DNA of 64,000 nucleotides from Bdellovibrionales bacterium (GTDB taxonomy: Bacteria; Bdellovibrionota; Bdellovibrionia; Bdellovibrionales; UBA1609). This document shows, in pieces, positions 43,061 through 51,376 of the stretch (position 1 is its first letter; every line of letters starts with the position of its first letter). The stretch spans positions 1,376,001-1,440,000 of the forward strand of contig OZ241329.1 of NCBI GenBank assembly GCA_965199825.1. The letters are read 5' to 3'. The notes under the pieces were generated by a model. It ran no database searches, was not told the DNA's origin, and was given only the letters and a program-made list of their open reading frames with translations. The translations under genes were made by a program, and so were the position numbers.

Positions 43061-44027
43061 ATGCACAAAATTCTATTCGTGATTTTAGTTCTAGTGAACT
43101 CGAGTGCCGTTGCGATGGCAGATCCTGCCAGCCCCCTTGAAACCTTCACTGCGATACTCAACACACAAAAAGATCATCCTCTCAGGCTCGAAGTCAAAAA
43201 GCTCGAGACCAGCGTTGTAACTCATCAAAGCGAATTGCAACTTCTAAAGCAGCAAGCCGAAGCTTTCCAAACAGAAGTCTCAAGCATGAAAGCAGAGATC
43301 GGTTTTCGAGAAAAATATCTTTGGTCATGGGTCGCGGAGATAGTGGGGGGGCGACACACAAAAATTTTTAACTTATAAATCCAATCATGCGACCCTTCAG
43401 GACGTCATCACACAGCTCGACGTAGCTAAACAAAAATTATCCCAGTCGGACAAAAGTGTTGTTACTGCAATTGAGAATTGGCTCGCTGCAAACGATGAAT
43501 CATTTAAAGATCTGCAGGATGAAAGTAAAATCTTTTTTGACGTTGTTTGTGCAGGAGACCGCTGTCTGAATGCAGTCAATAAAGCAATTGCCGATGTTGA
43601 TAAAGCAAAATCAGAGGATCTGATTGCAGGGGCTACCGACAGTAAGTTTTTTGAATTGATCGCTGTTATGGACACAAAAAAAGCCAACGAATCGGTAAAA
43701 AACTTTAGTCAAATTGTAAAAGCCTATCGCGATGCTCTTGATCTTCTAAAAAATGAACTTACAGAGAATCATGGGATCAAAGACGCAGACCACATAAAAA
43801 GTGTGAACTGGGTGTTGCAGTTTGCCGTGGATTTTAATTCAGGAACGAGCTTTATGGATTTTGTAAACGTACTTGCACTTTCAAATGTAAAGGATCAATT
43901 GAATCAATTGAAAATAAAAATAAATGCCACTCACTCACAAATTCAACAAGCCCACAAAAAATTGGCTGCTAAACTAACTGCTATAATTTGTGAGGCCCGT
44001 CAGCTTTGCTCAATAGAGATTCCTTAA
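43061..44027 (+). pseudogene. exported coiled-coil protein frameshifted at a G7 run
   Basis: removing one G from 43345-43351 joins the first ORF to an open frame running to 44027. Confidence 0.7.
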
Positions 44028-44050
44028 TCGTGTTTACAAATATGAAATAC

Positions 44051-44485
44051 TTAAACCTGTCTCGAATCAAATTCGATCATCCATTCAATTCCATACTTGT
44101 CTCTCAACATAGCGAAGTAAGATCCCCATGGAGATTGCCCAATCGGCATTTCAATTTTTCCGCCAGCAGATAGGCCGTGATATAATTTATCGGCTTCGTT
44201 TTTACTTTCTGCGCTGACTGAAATTTTACTTCGATTTTCATTTTCATTCACTTGGCCCATAAACTTTGGAACGTCGTTGGCCATCAGCATATTGTTTTTG
44301 CCGATCGGTAAAGCAATGTGCATAATTTTGTTCGCCTCATCCTGACCAATATGAGGATGTGGTCCGCTGGGCATATCTTTGAAGCGAACCACTCTTGCGA
44401 ATTCTCCACCAAAAACAGATTTATAAAAATTGAAAGCCTCTTCTGCGTTGCCATTGAAAGCGATGTAAGGATTTATAATAGCCAT
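44051..44485 (-). CDS. VOC/PhnB family protein
   Basis: PYIAFNGNAEEAFNFYKSVFGG, IMH, WGSYF...DKYGIEWMI. Confidence 0.92.
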   Translation of the reverse strand: MAIINPYIAFNGNAEEAFNFYKSVFGGEFARVVRFKDMPSGPHPHIGQDEANKIMHIALPIGKNNMLMANDVPKFMGQVNENENRSKISVSAESKNEADKLYHGLSAGGKIEMPIGQSPWGSYFAMLRDKYGIEWMIEFDSRQV

Positions 44486-44825
44486 GGTTTTCCTCTAGAA
44501 AGCCTAAATGAAGGCTCTTGAAAATGACTTTTTCAATTGAAGTTCGCACATCAACAATTTGAATTTATAATACTTAATTTTTCAACGGGTAGTTTTTTAA
44601 GGCTGAAGCTTGGACACGTTTCGCAAGTCGATAAGAAATATCAAGTAAGTGTAAACATAAAATTGTTCACACTTCCAATTTAAGACAAGGAGAATTCGTT
44701 TGGGCATGATGTACCAACTGGTTTCCAGTCCGGATGAATAAGCAATCACAACTGTATTTTAGTCGAGCCCATTTTCTCAAGTCTGTCTCGAAATAAGCCG
44801 ATAGGCGTTTGTAGGGAGCAAGAGG

Positions 44826-46783
44826 GTGGCACTGCGAGTTCTAAAATTGACAACAGGTTTTGCGATATTCGCACTTACTTTTACCCCGCTGTCAGCTTTT
44901 GCTATTCAAGGGCGAGGAAATTCCAAAGTACTCTGCCAAAGTCCGCACGTTGATGCCGAATCTCAAGGCCAAAATTTTTCGGTATTTCTCTGTCAAGCTG
45001 AGCTTGTCGAACTCAGATGCGATGAGTTTTTTAAAACCGATGAAGAGCTTGATGAATTCAAACGGCAATGTCCTCCATCAAAAAAAGAACGGCAGATCAA
45101 CGGCGGAGATTTAGGTGCCGTTTGCCTAGGGCAAATGTTGAATCCCACAATCGCCAGCATTAAAGCTGTCGCGGCATTTATCGCAGCCGGCATGAAAGAA
45201 TCTGCAGAAAATCAGCAACAATTTATAGCGGACTGCAAAGCTTCGCCAGATTTCAAAGCAAAAATTCTTTCGACCATTCGGGATCTCGCAACTTTAAGCA
45301 AAGAACAATCCGCGCAATATTCATGCGAACAACTCGCGGGCGATTTTCAAAATAATCAAAATGATTATCAAGTAAACGATAGAGCCGAAGCTGCTTACAA
45401 AAAATATATAGGTACACCGCACAACGATAGCGAAGCGGTAATAGGAAAAAATCCAATTTCTGCATTCCTCGAATACGATAGCGACAGATGGAGATGCCTA
45501 AATCAGGCAGGACATTATGCAATTCGATGTTCAGAGTTTTTTTCGATCATTGATCCAACACTGCTTATTGGCGGGGCGGGGGCTATATCCAAAGGTCTAA
45601 AACTTGCCAAACTTTTTAAAAAAGCGACTGTTGGAAAAAGCATTGGTAAATTAGCTCACCTCGACTCTGTGCCTCCGATCCCTCGGAGTATTGCGACTCC
45701 CGTTGTAAAACCGAATTTGCGCTCTCTCAGTCCTGACGTTATGAAAAATCTAGAACTAGCGGATTCAGAGCGACTGGCTCAACTCATATCTTTGACTGAC
45801 GGGAATGAGCCTGCATCTCAGGCTCTTATGAAGGCGCATGCATCTGATCCCGCGTCAGGAAATTTAGGTTTTATTGGATCAAAGAAAAAACTCGACTTGG
45901 CAATAGCGGAGCTAGAAAAGTTGGCATCCCTCGAGCTCAAGCAAAAAAATTAGCGGCTGATTGTATCCGCAAAGGTTTATGCGGATCGGCTGAGACTAAA
46001 AGCGTGGCGATAGCTGAGTCTGCCGCCAAACCTGCAGAAATGTCGGCTCATGAACAATATATTCTTCAACATGCAATAGCAAATCAGCGCTACCCCCAAA
46101 CTCAAGGCGGAATTTCCACACAAACACTCGCATACCTTTATCAACAGGATCCTACAAAATACGTTGAAATTCTTGGCCCCGTTACTGACAGTGACGTCAA
46201 GACTCTAGCGACCGCAATGAATCGCGCGCACAAGGCAATGAATATTAAGCATGAGCACGCGCCGGCCATGACAGAAGACATGGTAAGAAAATCAATAAGT
46301 TTGGTAACAAATGACCGGTTAAAAGGCGGATTCGGCGTGATTAAGGGGGCAAATATCTATTCTATCGTGAGGGTCTTCAAAGTTTTTGATCCAGCCTTTG
46401 CAATTAGAGATGCTGATCTATTTCGCAAAACCTTTCCGCATGATGGGACAACATATCTTCAAGTTTATGCGCAATCTCATCCAGAGGTGACTATCAAAGT
46501 TCAAGAACTTGGAAAAGCCTACTCGCGAGCTTTAAATGATCCGGATGTTGCGGAGGCAGCAAAAATTTCTCGAATCCAGTTAAAGAAGGAAATAGATGCT
46601 CCACCTCGCCGTCAAATTTTAACCCGAGCCGGTCCTACCAGCGAAAGCACACCAGAAGAAATCGCCTCGCAACTCAAATTTTCACAGGCCCTCAAGCGAG
46701 CTATTGACCGTGAAGTGGCCAACAGTTTTCCTGAGCTGTCTGCTGCAGATCTTGCCAAACTCGCTCAACTTTATGGGTTATAA
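44826..46783 (+). pseudogene. large exported Cys-rich protein split by a -1 frameshift
   Basis: alternate frame from ~45922 reads GIPRAQAKKLAADCIRKGLCGSAETKS straight into 46004-46783. Confidence 0.65.
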
Positions 46784-46910
46784 ATACAATTTGTTTTTAT
46801 TTGAGTTTGTGCTCTTTGTAGAGGAGTTCGGACGTGATCTTTTAAAGATAACAAATAATATGTTGGTGGGAATGTGAATTGAAAACGTCACCGGGCTTCG
46901 AAAAATAACT

Positions 46911-46994
46911 GCGAGCCAGCCTGAGACGTCATGCTGCCCGCATGCCGCTTCGAACAAAAACTTGAGCTCTGGCGTCCTTTTGTTCGAAGTAAAT
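46911..46994. repeat. tmRNA-associated repeat, copy C (partial)
   Basis: CGTCATGCTGCCCGCATGCCGCTTCGAACAAAAA...TTTTGTTCGAAGT matches copies A and B. Confidence 0.85.
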
Positions 46995-47016
46995 ATTTTC
47001 TATTTGATACTTTTAA

Positions 47017-47274
47017 CTAACCAGATTTCTTCACATTGAGCTTGGCTTCGAGTCTCTCGACTCTTTCGATAAGACTGACTTCTTGACTCATTGTCTGTTT
47101 TAGCAATGAGTTCATAAGAGTTTGATAGGGAATGCCGCGTCGTTTACCTTCTTTAACAAGCCACTCAAAAACGTCTTCATCGAGACGAAAGGTCTTTTGG
47201 ATTTTATTACCTTTGTTCGTTACAATTGGTCCTTTATGAACTTTGGCTTTAGTAAAATCATATTCTTTCTTCAT
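47017..47274 (-). CDS. brnA: BrnA-family antitoxin
   Basis: MKKEYDF...FRLDEDVFEW...GIPYQTLMNSLL; overlaps the toxin gene. Confidence 0.88.
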   Translation of the reverse strand: MKKEYDFTKAKVHKGPIVTNKGNKIQKTFRLDEDVFEWLVKEGKRRGIPYQTLMNSLLKQTMSQEVSLIERVERLEAKLNVKKSG

Positions 47275-47530
47275 AGAGCTTCCTTTCTTTTTTGGTAGCT
47301 TTCCTGGCCGATATAATTCTGATTGTATCTTGCGTGCGGTAACAATAAACGACAGTCAGCAAATTTAAGTTTTTAGAAAAACCAAGGGCAATAAACCGAT
47401 CCTCCTCATGATCTTTGTCCTCAAGTATCAGTTGCCGCTCAGACTCGAGCACAGTTTGAGCCTCCTCAAAAGAAACCGAATGTTTTTTGAGGTTGGCTTC
47501 AGCCATATTTGGATCCCATATTACAATCAT
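47258..47530 (-). CDS. brnT: BrnT-family toxin
   Basis: WD....NLKKH.VSFEEA...EDRFIALG...IRIISARKATKKER. Confidence 0.92.
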   Translation of the reverse strand: MIVIWDPNMAEANLKKHSVSFEEAQTVLESERQLILEDKDHEEDRFIALGFSKNLNLLTVVYCYRTQDTIRIISARKATKKERKLYEERI

Positions 47531-47531
47531 A

Positions 47532-47562
47532 ACTACAATGTAGTGTAAACTACGTTGTAGTT
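47532..47562. promoter_or_regulatory. twin palindromic operators upstream of brnT
   Basis: ACTACAATGTAGT (47532-47544) and AACTACGTTGTAGTT (47548-47562). Confidence 0.7.
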
Positions 47563-47653
47563 ACATACAAAACTGTTTCTAATAATTAAACATGAAAATA
47601 AGATTAAGTTTTACTAGCTATTTTAATGAGACGGCCAGACTACGAAACTTCTT

Positions 47654-47837
47654 CCGCTAGTCAGCCGGTGAACGCCGTCATGCTACCTGCATGCCGCTTC
47701 AAACAAAAACTTAGCCACTGGTGCTTTTTGTGCTCGAAGTAAATCATTCCTGTTCAATTCCCACCGCCACACCAATCGTACAAAAAACAAAAGCCGCGAT
47801 TACTTGAAGCCTTCGAAGATATACAAATTTGTGGAGG
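47654..47837. repeat. tmRNA-associated repeat, copy B
   Basis: colinear with 48329-48511; ends in GTGGAGG, like the tmRNA terminus. Confidence 0.9.
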
Positions 47838-47879
47838 TCTTAAGAATGCACGGTAACCTTTAATTCTAGATCTAAAACA

Positions 47880-48227
47880 CTATTTTTTTTCAATACATTC
47901 GACTGAGTCGACAACTATAAATTTAGAATTTATCTTCGTAAGAATTCCTGGTTTATTTCCAAATATATTTTCTTTGTGTATAGTCGTATAATCAGAAGTC
48001 ACAGCTTTAATAGCTGCATCTACTTCACTTACACCGTCTGAATCGACCTGAATTGAAGTTCTCAAAAAACTCATAAAGCCAGATTGATAAAGCTCGCGGC
48101 CGACAACCTTACAAGAATACTTAACAGATACGTTAGGCAAACTCCTCGCGATCACTTCGCCAGAGATTGCAGCCACTGCCGCGTGACCCATACCCAAACA
48201 CGTCAAAATTAATAAAATTTTATTCAC
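47880..48227 (-). CDS. small exported hypothetical protein
   Basis: GGAG RBS, GTG start, signal peptide; lies between repeat copies A and B. Confidence 0.75.
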   Translation of the reverse strand: MNKILLILTCLGMGHAAVAAISGEVIARSLPNVSVKYSCKVVGRELYQSGFMSFLRTSIQVDSDGVSEVDAAIKAVTSDYTTIHKENIFGNKPGILTKINSKFIVVDSVECIEKK

Positions 48228-48328
48228 TATGAAACTCCAAACCCTTGTGTAGATGCTTTAATTTTTAATATAAACTAATCATATGTACCGTTAGCATTTT
48301 CTGGGCCACTAAAACTCTCAATGCCCTA

Positions 48329-48511
48329 CCGCTAGCCAGCCGGTGAACGACGTCATGCTACCCGCATGCCGCTTCAAACAAAAAGGCGCCACTGGCGCCT
48401 TTTTGCTTGAAGTTAATCGTTCCCGTTCGCTTCCCACCGCCACACCAATCCTACAAAAAACAAAAGCCTCGATTTCTCGAAGCTTTCGTAGGTAAACAAA
48501 ATTGGTGGAGG
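48329..48511. repeat. tmRNA-associated repeat, copy A
   Basis: hairpin CTTCAAACAAAAAGGCGCCA-C-TGGCGCCTTTTTGCTTGAAG; inverted tmRNA 3' fragment at 48425-48449. Confidence 0.9.
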
Positions 48512-48869
48512 CGGTGGGAATCGAACCCACGTCCGCGAGCGATTCACGTTCAGGCGGGCTACACGCTTAGTTTGTGCTTTGGTATGGTCTCAACTCAACT
48601 TCCACAAACACAATTTGCGAAGAGACCTTCTTCAGATTTTTTAAACAACCACCCCTGACGAAAACAAGTGGCCATCGAGATCGCTAAAGTTGCGCCTCAT
48701 CTGCAACACAATCAGATGCAGAATCGACGGCTGAGCTACTAACTAAAAGTTAGGCTGCAGCAAGCATTTGGTTTTCGCCAAATGAAATTTTGCACATTTT
48801 TAAGAGGACCTTGTGCGCCTCTGCATGCTCCTGAAGCTTCACTGCCCACGTCGAAGCCATGTCGCCCCC
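48503..48869 (-). ncRNA. ssrA: tmRNA
   Basis: 5' GGGGGCGACATGGCTTCGAC; 3' GTGGGTTCGATTCCCACCGCCTCCACCA; tag reading frame GENQMLAAA* at 48779-48750. Confidence 0.95.
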
Positions 48870-49149
48870 AATATCACTTACCAACCTAGCACGGCCTCAC
48901 TGCCCCGTACAAGGTGCTCTCTTAGTATGGTGTGCCCAGTTCTCGCATCAAGGGTCTGAGCCAATGACTCAAAGGACAGAGCAACACCAAGCCACCCGCA
49001 AGAGAAGATCTTGAACTTGGGGTCGCGCCGCTTGGATGGCGTGATAAAGCGTTTGGAATTCTTTTTTCAAAACCACTCTTTTCTTTGCCTGATCATCCGA
49101 AGACTCTTCTTTTATCGAGATTTCTATAGCAATTTTGCCCAGTTAAATA

Positions 49150-49191
49150 TTTACTAGGTATACCTAGTAAAAGTACTAGATGAATCTAGTA
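49150..49191. promoter_or_regulatory. tandem TACTAG-N6-CTAGTA palindromes
   Basis: TTTACTAGGTATACCTAGTAAA and TACTAGATGAATCTAGTA, ending ~20 bp before the ATG. Confidence 0.7.
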
Positions 49192-49210
49192 AAAAAGGTA
49201 TACTGGTTTT

Positions 49211-50362
49211 ATGGATCAAAAAATAGAAGTCTCATTCATCAAAAATCTTCGTCAGAACCTCAAGGAAGATGACCAATTTGTTCAAGTCATTCTTGGTCCA
49301 AGGCAGGTTGGAAAGACGACGGGAATATTAGCTTTTCTCGAAGCACATAAAAAACCATCGCTTTATTTTACCTCGGACGAGCAGTTGGCACCGACAGGAG
49401 CTTGGATAATTTCTATTTGGCAAGAGGCGGTATTAAAAGATTCACAATGTTTGCTTGTGATAGATGAAATCCAAAAAGTCCCTGATTGGTCTAGTACAAT
49501 TAAGGCGCTTTTTGATAAACAAAAAAGAGTCAAGCAATCCAACATCCAACTTATCCTTCTTGGCTCAAGCTCACTTCATATTCATCAAGGTCTCACAGAA
49601 AGTTTAGCAGGTCGTTTTCAACTCATCCGCGCACATCATTGGGATTATCCAAAAAGTAAACAGTTGGTGTCTCTGGATGTTGAAAAGTTTGTTCGTTACG
49701 GTGGATATCCCGGGTCGTATCCTCTTCTGGACAATTTAGAAATGTGGCAAAGTTATATACATGATTCGATTATTGAAGCTGTGATCGGAAAAGATATTCT
49801 CCAAATTGCACGTGTCTCAAAACCAGCGCTTTTTCGTCAAGCTTTCAAAATTTTAATGTCCTATCCTGCCCAGGACATTAGCTATACCAAATTGCTTGGA
49901 CAACTTCAGGACAAAGGAAATACCGATTTAATAAAATATTACATCGAACTCTATAGAGGTGCTTTCCTTATCGAACCGATACATAAATTCTCAGGCAAAG
50001 CTGTGCTGACTCGCACGTCATCTCCCAAACTGATCCCAATGTGCGGTGCTCTTATTGATCGAAGTGTTATAGACACACAAAGTGGTTTTGGAAGAGCAGT
50101 TGAGGCAGCAGTGGGAGCAGTCCTTATACAAAATGGGTTTACAGTTGAGTACTGGCGAGACGGAGATCAAGAGGTCGACTACGTTACAACAAACAATAAA
50201 ATTGTTTATGCGATTGAGGTCAAATCAGGCAGATCACGATCGTCAAAGGGCATGGACACATTTCTCAAGCTGAATCCAAGGGTAAGGCCGGTTTACATTT
50301 CTGAATCCACACTTGAATTGTTTTTAATTGATCCCAAAAAATACTTGGCCAAGATAAATTAG
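49211..50362 (+). CDS. AAA_14 ATPase with DUF4143-type C-terminus
   Basis: GPRQVGKT, IDEIQ, GSS, ESLAGR, GGYP, YWR...EVD...AIEVK. Confidence 0.9.
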   Translation: MDQKIEVSFIKNLRQNLKEDDQFVQVILGPRQVGKTTGILAFLEAHKKPSLYFTSDEQLAPTGAWIISIWQEAVLKDSQCLLVIDEIQKVPDWSSTIKALFDKQKRVKQSNIQLILLGSSSLHIHQGLTESLAGRFQLIRAHHWDYPKSKQLVSLDVEKFVRYGGYPGSYPLLDNLEMWQSYIHDSIIEAVIGKDILQIARVSKPALFRQAFKILMSYPAQDISYTKLLGQLQDKGNTDLIKYYIELYRGAFLIEPIHKFSGKAVLTRTSSPKLIPMCGALIDRSVIDTQSGFGRAVEAAVGAVLIQNGFTVEYWRDGDQEVDYVTTNNKIVYAIEVKSGRSRSSKGMDTFLKLNPRVRPVYISESTLELFLIDPKKYLAKIN

Positions 50363-50589
50363 GGGCGCCATTCAATTCACTTGTGACTGGGGAACCATCT
50401 GCCGAATGAACTGGAGCTTTTCACACGCCGTTAAATGAGTAAGAGTTTGAGGTGCTGCTCACAAGAGGCTTGAGCAACCAAAATTCTAAACAAAAATTTA
50501 CTTTCCGTACACACCCGCAAAGAGTATTTTGACTGCCAACTTCGGATTTTAACTTGTTAAATCAGAGATAGGATTTAAAAAATTTAAAA

Positions 50590-51264
50590 TTACGATACCG
50601 GTACCTCGAGCGGGACTAGGTAGGTCTTCATCACTCCGCCCCCTTCACATTTCTCGTGGCTGTCAGATTCGACCTCGACAAAGTCCTCACCTGTGCTCTC
50701 TTCATGAATCAAACGGTACTCGTTGGTATTTGCTTGGATCCTCGATGGGCCCAGCGATGAGGCTGGCCTAAAATTACGAAATCTGGCCCTGGGTTCCTGC
50801 TGCTGCACTTCTTCTCTAAGAGTGCGCCCCATCTCCCACATGTTTTTGATGGTGCCGCCAACCGATCTCAGGCTTTCACCTGACTCATCAAAGGTTACCG
50901 TCGCAAAAACATCGTCGGCGCCAGAAAGATTCATAGTTTTTTGTTGAGTACTACTCAACGGTCTTTGGCCACACAAAAAAACCAGCAACCATCTATGCTG
51001 GTGCAAAAGACTTAGAAACTCTGGCACCTCAACAGGTGGATCTGGATCTGAAAATTGAAATTTTTCGGGGCAAGTTGGATGTCGAATGAGGTGAGAGTCG
51101 CGAGGGATTACACATTCGGCAAGCGTATCACCTAACTTTATTTGCTTTTCTGAATCAACAAAAGTAGCTAGGCGATAGAAGACATTTATAGGGCTTGAAT
51201 GAATGTTACAGTTTGCCAAACCGGCAAACGCTTTTAAGTGCAATAAAAATAGAATTGCTAGCAT
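50590..51264 (-). CDS. exported hypothetical protein
   Basis: signal peptide; 224 aa. Confidence 0.65.
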   Translation of the reverse strand: MLAILFLLHLKAFAGLANCNIHSSPINVFYRLATFVDSEKQIKLGDTLAECVIPRDSHLIRHPTCPEKFQFSDPDPPVEVPEFLSLLHQHRWLLVFLCGQRPLSSTQQKTMNLSGADDVFATVTFDESGESLRSVGGTIKNMWEMGRTLREEVQQQEPRARFRNFRPASSLGPSRIQANTNEYRLIHEESTGEDFVEVESDSHEKCEGGGVMKTYLVPLEVPVS

Positions 51265-51376
51265 AACTTATTTTATATTCTAAAGAGCACAAGACAAGTC
51301 CATATCACTTCCTACGCCACCTTTTAAGACGCTGCTCACCTCAAGTATGAGCAGCAAAACTCGATTGAATCTCAAA

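Noticed and set aside
41441..46783. General sequencing-error explanation for all frameshifts
   Set aside because: Not excluded for single sites, but long conserved genes (kinases, RND, ptrB, recA) are intact while breaks cluster in accessory genes.
46863..46873. TTGGTGGGAAT as a further degenerate tmRNA-end copy
   Set aside because: Too short to distinguish from chance.
48503..48535. tRNA gene
   Set aside because: The T-arm and CCA belong to the tmRNA, whose 5' end and tag frame lie upstream.
48318..48658. ORFs 48318-48530 and 48407-48658
   Set aside because: Shadows of the tmRNA and repeat copy A.
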